From Acidimicrobiales bacterium (lineage in GTDB: Bacteria; Actinomycetota; Acidimicrobiia; Acidimicrobiales; UBA8190), in NCBI GenBank assembly GCA_046704365.1, contig JBJKRZ010000034.1:2522-66521 (forward strand): a DNA stretch of 64,000 nucleotides. Reading direction: 5' to 3'. Both the position numbers and the translations under genes were made by a program. Each line of letters starts with the position of its first letter. Within the stretch, counting starts at the first letter, position 1. The notes below the pieces were generated by a model. That model saw only the letters and a list, made by a program, of their open reading frames with translations, was not told the origin of the DNA and did not search any database. Below are positions 11,473-20,673 of this stretch, piece after piece.

Positions 11473-11710
11473 GACCGGGCCGTGCTGACGGCGGCTGCGG
11501 AGCGGCCAGCTCGTGCCATAGGACGCACCTACGACGGGTCGCCGACGTCGATAGGGCCCAGCCGATTGCTCGTCACGTCGGGCCGGGCAGACGTGGGAGC
11601 AGGTGCTTCGTTGTCGAGGACTGCTGGCAATGCCGGAGTTGCCCTTTTACACACCGAAAGGTTGACTTGCAACAGGTTCAGGAGCATGACGAGCGAGAAG
11701 GGAGGTACAG

Positions 11711-13159
11711 GTGACAAGCGGGAATGAAGTGCTCACAGCGCGTCCCTATATCGCTGGTCAATGGGTCGATGGAGAGATGCGGACAAGTTTCGTCGACAAA
11801 TTCACCGGCGAGCACATAGCCGATGTGCATCAACCATCGCGAGCGCAGCTGGACGCCGGCCTCGCTGCGCTGGCAGAGGCGCAATCGGCCTCTCGCTGGC
11901 AACCCTACGACCGCTTCCTTGCTTTGGCAGGTGCTTCCGAGAGCCTTGTCGCGCGCCGTGAGGAGGCGGCCAGACTGGTCGTTCAGGACAGTGGCTTCAC
12001 GATCACCGATGCTCGACGTGAAGTCGATCGAGCCGTTCAGACGCTGCTCTTGTCCGCCGAGGAGGCGAAACGAATAGTCGGGGAAATGGTCCCCCTGCAG
12101 GCCGCCCCCGGGGGTACGCAGCGATTGGCGTTCACCATCATGCGCCCCGTAGGAGTGGTGTGCGCGATCACCCCGTTCAACTCGCCGCTCAACACTCTTT
12201 TGCACAAGGTCGCGCCTGCACTCGCAGCGGGCAACGCGGTGGTCATCAAGCCCGCATCGCTGACGCCGCTCACTGCGGCTTGGATGGTGAGCCTTCTGCT
12301 GGAGACCGGTGTACCTCCCGGGATGATTTCCGTAGTCTTCGGTGGTGGTGCCGACGTCGGCCAGTGGCTGCTCGAGAGTTCCGTCCCCGACTTCTATGCG
12401 TTTACGGGTAGTACGGCAGTCGGCGAGCATGTTCGCCGGACAGTGGGTCTCCGGCGGACGCAGCTGGAGATGGGAAGCCTGTCGAGCACGATCGTCTGTG
12501 AGGACGCGGATCTAGCGAGCTGCCTTCCTCTGTGCGTCAATGCCGCATTCCGCAAGGCTGGTCAGGTGTGCACCTCCGTTCAGCGGCTCTACGTCCACGA
12601 AGGCATCAGGAGAGATGTGTTGGACGGTCTCGCCGAGGTCCTTCGCAACAAGGAGGTAGGTGATCCAACGAAGGAGGAAGTGTTTGTCGGTCCGCTCGTG
12701 AGCCGGGCAGAGGCGGAACGGGTGACCTCGTGGATAGAGCGCGCTGTGGAAGGGGGCGCTGAGGTGGTCTGCGGTGGTGGCACGCGGGGCAGCGTCGTCG
12801 AGCCGACCGTGCTGACCGGGGTCCGCGCCGATATGGACGTCATGTGTCATGAAGTGTTTGGGCCGGTCGTTGTTATCCGAGAATTCACCGACCTCGATGA
12901 AGCGATTGCCGAGGTGAACGACACAGCATTCGGGTTGGCAGCGGGGATCTTCACGAACAAGCTGAGCAATGCCCTCGTGGCTGCGAGGGATCTGCGCATG
13001 GGCTCGGTGCACATCAACGAAACTTCGAGTAGCAGGGTCGACGTCATGCCCTATACGGGCGTGAAAGCAAGCGGCCTTGGACGCGAAGGCCCGCATTGGG
13101 CAGTCCGGGAAATGAGCGAGGAACGCCTGATCACGATCGGCCCCTGCGGAGGTGGGTGA
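11711..13159 (+). CDS. NAD(P)+-dependent aldehyde dehydrogenase
   Basis: ITPFNSPL, FTGSTAVG, and the catalytic Cys in KAGQVCTSVQR. GTG start. Confidence 0.9.
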   Translation: MTSGNEVLTARPYIAGQWVDGEMRTSFVDKFTGEHIADVHQPSRAQLDAGLAALAEAQSASRWQPYDRFLALAGASESLVARREEAARLVVQDSGFTITDARREVDRAVQTLLLSAEEAKRIVGEMVPLQAAPGGTQRLAFTIMRPVGVVCAITPFNSPLNTLLHKVAPALAAGNAVVIKPASLTPLTAAWMVSLLLETGVPPGMISVVFGGGADVGQWLLESSVPDFYAFTGSTAVGEHVRRTVGLRRTQLEMGSLSSTIVCEDADLASCLPLCVNAAFRKAGQVCTSVQRLYVHEGIRRDVLDGLAEVLRNKEVGDPTKEEVFVGPLVSRAEAERVTSWIERAVEGGAEVVCGGGTRGSVVEPTVLTGVRADMDVMCHEVFGPVVVIREFTDLDEAIAEVNDTAFGLAAGIFTNKLSNALVAARDLRMGSVHINETSSSRVDVMPYTGVKASGLGREGPHWAVREMSEERLITIGPCGGG

Positions 13160-13355
13160 AAGCCCGAGCCCGCTGGGCGGCGGATGAGGTCGCCAGCCTG
13201 CGACGGTATGACTGGGCTAAACGTATGGCATACTGCCGCGCTAATGCAAGCTGAAGTTGCCAAGTGCCGACCACAGAGCCCCGCCTGCCAGGGCTGTGCC
13301 GGTCGGGTGGTCGGAGTAATGAAGCCCCGGTCACGAGTCCATTCACGCAGCCAAA

Positions 13356-14522
13356 TTGAAGCGTGACCTCGTATCAGCAGTTGCAGTCTCCGTAGGGAGT
13401 TCGCTCGCGGTCTTTCTCGTCGGGTCGCTTGCCGTGCAGATTCGTTCTTCGCTCGACTTTGGACCGAAGACGCTCGGTATAGTCATTTCCATCTATTACG
13501 CTGGAGCAGCGGCAGGGTCACTGCCGTGCGGGATGCTGGCGGAGACCGTTGGCGGGCTCCGTGTCATGCGGATTGCGATCGTGTTCGCGGCGATCGTCCT
13601 GGCCTCGATCGCCGCTTTCGCGCATTCATCACTGGAGTTGGGGTGCTTGCTCTTCTTTGCGGGAGTAATCAGCTCGGCGGTTATGCCAGCTACGAACCTG
13701 TTTCTCGCTCGCCGTGTGCCAAGCGCGAAGCAAGGCACGGCATTCGGGATAAAGCAAGCCGCGCAGCCGTCCGCGGCCCTTATCGGGGGACTCGCGGTCC
13801 CTGCCCTAGCTGTCACTGTGGGCTGGCGGTGGGCATTTGTCGCTGCTTCAGCCCTGAGCATCGTGACAGCGATGATCATCTCCAAACCGCGCACCAGCTT
13901 GGCTGCCTACCGAGCCAGCAGGGTCGCCAGGGATCGCGCCGGCGTCCCGCGATACCTTATCGTCCTGGCGGTAGGTTTCGGATTGGGAATTTTTTCAGCC
14001 ATCAGTCTTAACGCGTTCATGGTCTCGTCAGCCGTAGCGTCGGGATTTTCAAAGGTGGATGCCGGGCTGCTCGCTGCGGCAGCGGGTGCGACCGCCATCG
14101 TCGTACGTATTACTTCGGGCTTTCGAGCCGATCGCCGGGGGCGGGCGCACCTACCAGCGGTAGCTTCGCTGTTGGGAATCGGGGTCATAGGTTATGGCGG
14201 CATCGCCGCTGGCTCCGCTACCGGTCTCCATTGGCTCTTCGTCGCAGGAGCGCTTATAGCGTTCGGCGCTGGTTGGGGCTGGAACGGTCTATTCAACTTG
14301 GCCATCGTGAGGTCCCACCTCGAGGCTCCGGCGAGAGCCACGGCGACCACTCAAGTCGGGGGGCGGCTCGCTGCCGCACTGGGTCCCCTGGTATTCGGTG
14401 CCGTCGCCTCGCACGGCTCTTACACCGCAGCGTGGTTGATCACGGCTGCCAGCGCCATGGCTGGAGCCGGCATCATCGTCTACGGGCGACACCTGCTCAG
14501 GCGGACCCTTTCCGTGCATTGA
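13356..14522 (+). CDS. MFS transporter
   Basis: 388 aa with about 12 hydrophobic segments and the two-halves architecture. The start (TTG) is uncertain. Confidence 0.75.
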   Translation: MKRDLVSAVAVSVGSSLAVFLVGSLAVQIRSSLDFGPKTLGIVISIYYAGAAAGSLPCGMLAETVGGLRVMRIAIVFAAIVLASIAAFAHSSLELGCLLFFAGVISSAVMPATNLFLARRVPSAKQGTAFGIKQAAQPSAALIGGLAVPALAVTVGWRWAFVAASALSIVTAMIISKPRTSLAAYRASRVARDRAGVPRYLIVLAVGFGLGIFSAISLNAFMVSSAVASGFSKVDAGLLAAAAGATAIVVRITSGFRADRRGRAHLPAVASLLGIGVIGYGGIAAGSATGLHWLFVAGALIAFGAGWGWNGLFNLAIVRSHLEAPARATATTQVGGRLAAALGPLVFGAVASHGSYTAAWLITAASAMAGAGIIVYGRHLLRRTLSVH

Positions 14523-14585
14523 GGTGGGCTTCAGTCGTCGAGAGGGCTCGGCTCTTCATGCAATCGGGGCCGCCCAGAGGCCAAT

Positions 14586-14614
14586 TTGACATGTGGTATA
14601 CATATGTATGTATC
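14586..14614 (+). promoter_or_regulatory. candidate promoter/operator: TTGACA followed by a GGTATACAT box and the 12-bp palindrome ATACATATGTAT
   Basis: TTGACA at 14586-14591, GTATACAT at 14596-14603, and a perfect palindrome at 14598-14609. This is an AT-rich island ~40 nt upstream of GTG 14650. Confidence 0.35.
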
Positions 14615-14649
14615 TGTACGTAGAGCGACTCCCTGACTAGAGGACGTAG

Positions 14650-16422
14650 GTGAAAGGCGCCGAGCTCATCGTTGATTTCCTGGTCCGCAAGCGCATGCGC
14701 TATGCGTTCGGACTCTGTGGGCACGGCATCCTAGGTTTTCTCGACGCAGCTCTTGACAGGACGGAACTGCAGGTCGTCTCCGTTCACCACGAGGCAAGCG
14801 CGGGCTTCATGGCTGACGCATATTTCCGCGTGTCTCACCAGCCGGCCGCCACTTTCACCTCGTGTGGCCCGGGGTCTGCGAATCTGCCGGTGGCAGCGGC
14901 CTCGGCCTTTATGGATTCATCGGCTTTCATGGCGATTACCGGCGACGTTCCGACGTCGCAATGGAATCGAGGTCCATTTCAGGAAACTGGCAAGTACTTT
15001 CAGGGTGACTTCGTCAACGTTATGCGGCCATACGTCAAGCGGAGCTTTCAGCCCACGCGCCCTGACATGCTCCCGCTTGCTCTTCGCCTTGCCTATGGGT
15101 CCATGGTGTCGGGGCGTCCCGGTCCAGTTCATGTCGACGTGCCGCTCAACGTCTTCGTAGAGGAGGTCGACGACGCAACGGCCGACACAGCCTGGGATGA
15201 GGACGTTGCGTTGCCTCGCTCAGGTGCAGAGCCGCAGGCAGTGACCCGAGCACTGCAACTGCTCCGCGGGGCCGAACGGCCCGTGATCGTCGCCGGCCAC
15301 GGAGTCGAAATTAGCGGAGCAGAGGCCGAACTGGCAGAGCTTGCAGAGCACCTCGATCTCCCGATCGCCACGACACCTCTGGCCAAGCCCGTTGTCGACA
15401 TGCGGTGGTCTCGCTGCTTGGGCCCAACCGGCCGGAACGGCACCTATCCCGCAAACGCGGCGACTCGCAATGCTGACGTCGTCCTCGCAATCGGCTCTCG
15501 GTTCGACGATCGAGCCACGAGCAGCTGGCTTCCCGGGTTCACCTACAGCATTCCGCCGACAAAGTTGATTCAGGTCGACATCGACCCCGCCGAACTCGGA
15601 CGCAACTATCCAATCAGCGTCGCACTTCTCGGCGATGCCAGAACGGTCCTCCGGCAAATGCTAGCTGCTCTCAAAGAGAGAAGCAGTGACCCACCTTCCC
15701 GCGACGACTGGTGGAGACGCATCGCCCTTTGGCGTGAGCGCTGGGAGCGCCATATGGTCTCGGGCAGGTCGGCGGGCTCAGTTCCGATCAAACCGCAGCG
15801 GCTCATCCGCGAGATCAGGAGCGTCCTCGACGACGACGCGATCATCGTGTCCGACGTAGGAGTTCACCATAACTGGCTCGTCAGCGAGCTCGAGACGCGC
15901 TCGCCGCGCTCCTTCCTGCACAGTTGGGGATTTGCCGCAATGGGTTTTGGCGTAGCAGGTGTCCTAGGCGCAAAGTTGGCGGCGCCAGATCGCACTGTCC
16001 TGGGGATATGCGGCGATGGTGGATTCCTGATGATGCCAAGTGTCGTGGCAACTGCTGTCGAGTTCGGAATTCCTGCAGTCTGGCTCGTCTGGAACAACTA
16101 TGGCTACTGCTCAATTCGCGACCAGCAAATGGGGTACTTCGGCAAGGAACGGGAACTGGCCACCTCTTTCGAGCTGAAGAAGACGGGCGAGCTGATCTCA
16201 CCGGATTACGCAGCAATGGCCCGCTCGATGGGTGCAAAGGCCGCCACCGTCGAGAGCCCGGGGGACATAGGCGATCACCTGCAATGCGCCCTGGACTCCG
16301 GCGAACCCTACTTGCTCGATGTCCGTGTTGATCGCGATGACCGGCCTCCGGCTACCGCGAGTTGGGATTTGCCGCCACTGCCGAATCCCCTTCCGGACTT
16401 CGGCTGGGGCGAGGATGGGTAG
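14650..16422 (+). CDS. thiamine-diphosphate-dependent enzyme (acetolactate synthase-like; IolD/Xsc/cyclohexanedione-hydrolase-type relatives possible)
   Basis: HHEASAGFMADAYFR, CGPGSANL, and GDGGFLM....WNNYGY (ThDP motif). Confidence 0.85.
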   Translation: MKGAELIVDFLVRKRMRYAFGLCGHGILGFLDAALDRTELQVVSVHHEASAGFMADAYFRVSHQPAATFTSCGPGSANLPVAAASAFMDSSAFMAITGDVPTSQWNRGPFQETGKYFQGDFVNVMRPYVKRSFQPTRPDMLPLALRLAYGSMVSGRPGPVHVDVPLNVFVEEVDDATADTAWDEDVALPRSGAEPQAVTRALQLLRGAERPVIVAGHGVEISGAEAELAELAEHLDLPIATTPLAKPVVDMRWSRCLGPTGRNGTYPANAATRNADVVLAIGSRFDDRATSSWLPGFTYSIPPTKLIQVDIDPAELGRNYPISVALLGDARTVLRQMLAALKERSSDPPSRDDWWRRIALWRERWERHMVSGRSAGSVPIKPQRLIREIRSVLDDDAIIVSDVGVHHNWLVSELETRSPRSFLHSWGFAAMGFGVAGVLGAKLAAPDRTVLGICGDGGFLMMPSVVATAVEFGIPAVWLVWNNYGYCSIRDQQMGYFGKERELATSFELKKTGELISPDYAAMARSMGAKAATVESPGDIGDHLQCALDSGEPYLLDVRVDRDDRPPATASWDLPPLPNPLPDFGWGEDG

Positions 16423-16610
16423 TCATCATGGGGGCGACGGGCGTTCGTATCCCGTCGAGGACAGGCACGAAAGCCGTCGTATTTGCCTCGAGGCCCCTCA
16501 TGCCCTCCAGGGTGGCGATCTCGAGGCGGCCCACGGCGCGCCCGAGTGGAGCGGCGCCACAGTACCTGGCTCCTTGATTCGGGCTTCCGAGTGGCGAAAG
16601 GCACTTACCT

Positions 16611-17060
16611 GTGAGTGACTCTGAACGAGGAGACCATCCAGACGTGAGCCCGGCGACGGCCAGCCAGGGCGATGACGCGAGCCGGGAGCGCTTCGAAAAG
16701 GGAGCCGCAATTCGCCGTCATGTGCTAGGAGATGAATATGTCGACGAGGCGATGTCGCCGGACAAGCTTGCGGGGCGAGATTTCCAGAAGCTGGTGACCG
16801 AGTACGTATGGGGTGGAATCTGGGCTCGTCCCGAGTTGTCCATGGCGACTCGAAGCCTGATCACTCTGGCCGTGTTGACGACGTTGAATCAGGCTGAGGA
16901 GCTGGCCCTGCATGTTGATGGCGCTATCAAGAACGGGTGCACGCACGCCGAGATCGAAGAGGCAGTGATCCATGCGGGTGCATATTGCGGTGCCTCGGCC
17001 ACGGCCACAGCCCTGCGAATAGTGAATCGCGTGTTCAGCCGGCGTGTCGGTGAAAGCTAG
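16611..17060 (+). CDS. carboxymuconolactone decarboxylase-family protein (PcaC-like)
   Basis: EYVWGGIWARPELSMATRSLITLAVL and GCTHAEIEEAVIHAGAYCG are typical of the CMD family. The start is uncertain. Confidence 0.75.
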   Translation: MSDSERGDHPDVSPATASQGDDASRERFEKGAAIRRHVLGDEYVDEAMSPDKLAGRDFQKLVTEYVWGGIWARPELSMATRSLITLAVLTTLNQAEELALHVDGAIKNGCTHAEIEEAVIHAGAYCGASATATALRIVNRVFSRRVGES

Positions 17061-17151
17061 CGCTCCCAGCCAACGAAAGTCACCGGCTGCTGCCAATGAG
17101 CCCGACGAAATACCTGAAGTGACAGAACGATCTGAAAGTAGGGAACGACAG

Positions 17152-17889
17152 ATGGAAATCTCTCTCGAGGGGAAAGTGGCCTGGGTGACCGGCGCCAGCG
17201 GAGGAATCGGCAGTAACGTCGTAGCCTCACTGGCAGCCGCAGGAGCAAGTGTCCTGAGCTCGGACCTGAGTGAGCCACCTGAGCCGCTTGCAGAAGGTGC
17301 CGTTCACCGACGCTGCGATGTCACTCGGCAAGACGACATTGATGCTTCAGTCCAATTCTGTGTCGAGGAGCTCGGCGGGCTCGATATCCTGGTGAACAAC
17401 GCCGGAATCCAGAGACGAGCGGACATTTTTGACGTCACCCGCGATGTATGGCAGCAAGTATTCGACATAAACGTGTCCGCCTATTTCTTCTGCGCTCAGA
17501 AAGCGGCGCAGGCGATAAAGGAGCAGGGTCGTGGCGGGTCGATCGTCAATATGGTCTCCGTCAACAGCGATTACGTGTATGCGAACACGATCCCGTATTG
17601 TACGAGCAAGGGCGCGGTACGCACTCTCACTTTCGCCCTGGCGGTGGCTCTCGGACCCTATGGGATCCGGGTGAACGGTATTGCCCCAGGTACGATTTCG
17701 ACGAACATAAACGCTGACCGCTGGACTGCTCCAGGAGTTCGGGAAGGTGTGGTGGCGAGGACGCCGCTCGGCAGGTTAGGTGCTCCCCCCGACATCGGAC
17801 CCTCTGTCGCTTACTTGGCCTCCGATCACTGTTCTTTCATTACCGGATCGATCCTACCGATCCACGGCGGCCGAGTTCTCTGGGCTTAG
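17152..17889 (+). CDS. SDR-family oxidoreductase
   Basis: The internal ATG 17152 gives MEISLEGKVAWVTGASGGIG. Also NNAG and YCTSK (Y-x3-K). The longer ORF would overlap the CMD gene. Confidence 0.85.
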   Translation: MEISLEGKVAWVTGASGGIGSNVVASLAAAGASVLSSDLSEPPEPLAEGAVHRRCDVTRQDDIDASVQFCVEELGGLDILVNNAGIQRRADIFDVTRDVWQQVFDINVSAYFFCAQKAAQAIKEQGRGGSIVNMVSVNSDYVYANTIPYCTSKGAVRTLTFALAVALGPYGIRVNGIAPGTISTNINADRWTAPGVREGVVARTPLGRLGAPPDIGPSVAYLASDHCSFITGSILPIHGGRVLWA

Positions 17890-17902
17890 AAGGAGCAACG
17901 CG

Positions 17903-18757
17903 GTGGTCATAGACATGCGCGTCCGGCCCCCCTTCAAGACCCTGGCCAGCACCCATATGTATCAGCAGCGCGCACGGACTGCAGCCAAGGTCCGCAGTCA
18001 CGGGTATGAGCCTCCTGCAATTCTGGAAGACCCTAGTTGGGGCACGTTTATCGCAGAATTCGACGATTCCGGAATCGACCTCGGTGTGGTCCCAGGGAGA
18101 TGCTCACGAACTCCGTATGGATCTGTCTCGAATGACGACCTCGTCGAGATGGTGCGAAAAGCGGAGGGCCGCCTGGTGGCCTTCTGTTCCTTGGACGTTG
18201 ACGACCCCGAAGCCGTCACGGAGCTCGAGCGGGTGGCGGTTCTCCCCGGAATCGTCGGCTTGGCACTGGATCCCGGATTTGCCGTTCGCCCTCACTATCC
18301 AGACGACCCTGCGATGAAACTTATCCTCGAGCGGTGCTGCGATCTCGACTTGCCCGTCATGATCACACAAAGCGGCAGTGCCGGGCCGAGTATCTCATAC
18401 GTGGATTTCGCCGCCATCGACGCAATGGCCGAGCTGTTCCCCAAGCTGCAGTTCATTGTCGCGCACGCTGGGTGGCCATTCGTGCTCGAGATGATCGGAG
18501 TAGCCTACCGGCACTCGAATGTCTGGCTGTCGCCGGATGAGTACATGGTGAACATGCCAGGTTCCCAGCACTGGGTCGAAGCAGCGGAAGGTTTCCTCAG
18601 ATCCCGGATGCTCTTTGGTTCGTCCTACCCATTTATGCCACTTGCAGGAGCCCTTGAACACTACACGACGCGGTTGCGTATTCCAGAGGTCCGGCAAGCG
18701 GTGCTTGGCGAAAATGCAGAAGAGCTGGTCGGGCCACGCCTGAGTGGGCTTACGTGA
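17903..18757 (+). CDS. amidohydrolase_2 (ACMSD/LigW/LigI-type TIM barrel) family protein, non-canonical active-site motifs
   Basis: AGGAG at 17891 lies 7 nt before GTG 17903. The N-terminus is VVIDMRVRPP where D-x-H-x-H is expected. Also IVAHAGWPF, and LFGSSYPF where GSDxP is expected. Confidence 0.65.
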   Translation: MVIDMRVRPPFKTLASTHMYQQRARTAAKVRSHGYEPPAILEDPSWGTFIAEFDDSGIDLGVVPGRCSRTPYGSVSNDDLVEMVRKAEGRLVAFCSLDVDDPEAVTELERVAVLPGIVGLALDPGFAVRPHYPDDPAMKLILERCCDLDLPVMITQSGSAGPSISYVDFAAIDAMAELFPKLQFIVAHAGWPFVLEMIGVAYRHSNVWLSPDEYMVNMPGSQHWVEAAEGFLRSRMLFGSSYPFMPLAGALEHYTTRLRIPEVRQAVLGENAEELVGPRLSGLT

Positions 18758-19714
18758 AGACAGTCGTGTTGTTCAGCTATGAGAAAGTTGCCCAACGAAT
18801 GCTCGGCAGGCTGACGGGAGCAATTCGCGTTCATGACCGGCCGCAGCTCTTGCGGGAAATCGTCGACGCGAAGTGCATGATCCTGTCGAATGGAGGATTG
18901 CCATTTCAGTTTGTCGACGAAGAGGTGCTCGCCTCCGCAAAGTCGTTGCGGTTCATCCAGATGTATGGCGTGAGCACGGACGTACTGGACGTTGCGCAAG
19001 CGTCGAAGCGGGGCGTACTTGTGGCGAACGTGCCGGGTGCGAACAGTACGAGCGTCGCTGAGATCGGGTTTCTGCTGCTTCTTGCGCTTGCCAAGGGTCA
19101 AGCGAGCTGGGACCGGCACATCGGCACCCGGGAACTGGGATCACCATTCGGGATCGAATTTGACGGGAAAGTCACTGTGCATAGTGGGGTTTGGCCGCAT
19201 CGGGCAAGTGCTGGCTCGTCAGGCCCGGGGCTTCGGCGTGAACGTCTTGGCTGTGAATCGCCGCCCACACCAACATCAGGCGTCGGTTGTGGGAGCCACT
19301 GCCCTGGGGGTTGTCGACCTGGCGCAGGCCTTGAAGAAGAGTGACTTCGTCGTGATCACGCTACCTCTCAATAGCGCGACGAGAGAGATGTTCGCCCCAG
19401 AGCTGATGTCACATCTCAAGCCCGGAGCACTGATCGTGAACCTGGCAAGAGGCGCCGTGGTGTCCCGGGATGCGATCGCTCGTGGACTGGAGCAGGGCAA
19501 AGTTGGCGGATACGCCACTGACGTATGGTGGGACGAGCCGGCAGATCCCGACGATCCACTGTTGAAACGGGACGACGTCGTGTTGAGCCCCCACATCGGT
19601 GGCTCGACGGAGGAGGCGATCAGCAGAGCGATCGACACGATCGTATCGAACCAGGCACTCTTCGCCGCCGGAAAGCGGCCCCTCCACATCCTAAACGAAG
19701 CAACGTGCCAGTGA
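18754..19714 (+). pseudogene. D-isomer-specific 2-hydroxyacid dehydrogenase split by a +1 frameshift (or assembly error)
   Basis: ORF 18754..19344 carries the substrate-binding half (VANVPGANSTSVAEIGFLLLLALAKG). ORF 18992..19714, one frame over, carries GKSLCIVGFGRIG, LVNLARG and SPHIGGST. The frame switch must lie between ~19095 and 19171, for example at the gggaaag run at 19165-19171. Confidence 0.7.
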
Positions 19715-20613
19715 CCGCGTGGCGCCTCGGATGGATCGGACTCGGCCACATGGGAATGCCCATGGCCCTGCGCGTTCTGGAACAGGGTTACGTGGTAGTC
19801 GTAACACCTCATCGGAGTCAGGAGCGAGTCGACTTTATGGTGGGGAGCGGAGCCACTGAGGTACCGGATTTACCGTCTCTAGGGCGGGCAAGCGATGTGG
19901 TGGTCACCGTGCTTCCCGGACCGAGCGAGGCCGACGAAGTGGTGAGCGCAGGACTGCTCCAGGCGATGCGGCCTGGCTCGTTGCTCTTGGAGATGTCGAC
20001 CATCGACGCTGATTTGAGCCGCGACCTGTCTGCGAGGTGCGAGGCGCTGGGCATCCATTATGTTGACGCCCCAGTTGACAGGGGGCCTGAGGCGGCACGA
20101 AGTGGATCGCTGGCACTGTTCGTCGGGGGGAGTCAAGCCGACGTCGAGAAGCTCCGACCCGTTCTAAGCTGCCTCGCAACAGACATATATCACCTCGGCC
20201 CGGCCGGATCCGGACACACGCTCAAATTGATCAAGAATGCGATCTCGCAGTCCATGACTGCTCTCTATGCCGAGGGATTCGTGCTTGCAGAACGAGCCGG
20301 AATCGACCGTCATGTGCTCCTGGACATCCTGAGCGCGAGCCCGGCGGGCAGCAATCAACTCGTTCGATACGGCCCAAACTTCGTGTCTCGTGAGAGAGCT
20401 CTGCGCGTCGCTCCAATACGGACCGCAGTCAAGGACCTCACTCTTGCTGCGACCTTGGCAACGAGTCTCGGGATCCGAGTCTCGCTTCCCGAATCCGCTC
20501 TGTCGCTCTATCGCAAGGCTGCCGCCCTCGGGCTCAACGACAGTGATGCTTCCTCTGTCGCGCTCGCCGTTGTGAACACCCATCAATCCGCCTTAGACCA
20601 AAAAGGCGGTTGA
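19711..20613 (+). CDS. NAD(P)-dependent HIBADH-like oxidoreductase (second paralogue)
   Basis: GTG 19711 overlaps the upstream stop (GTGA) and gives VTAWRLGWIGLGHMGMPMALRVLEQG. Confidence 0.8.
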   Translation: MTAWRLGWIGLGHMGMPMALRVLEQGYVVVVTPHRSQERVDFMVGSGATEVPDLPSLGRASDVVVTVLPGPSEADEVVSAGLLQAMRPGSLLLEMSTIDADLSRDLSARCEALGIHYVDAPVDRGPEAARSGSLALFVGGSQADVEKLRPVLSCLATDIYHLGPAGSGHTLKLIKNAISQSMTALYAEGFVLAERAGIDRHVLLDILSASPAGSNQLVRYGPNFVSRERALRVAPIRTAVKDLTLAATLATSLGIRVSLPESALSLYRKAAALGLNDSDASSVALAVVNTHQSALDQKGG

Positions 20614-20673
20614 TACGTGCTCGTCGATACCCCGGGCGGTGCAAGAAGTGGACCACTGAAAAGGAGGATGTTG

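Noticed and set aside
16423-16610. Possible small gene or riboswitch between the ThDP enzyme and the CMD gene
   Set aside because: Only junk-composition ORFs are present, and I recognise no conserved riboswitch core. The CMD start may simply lie within this gap.
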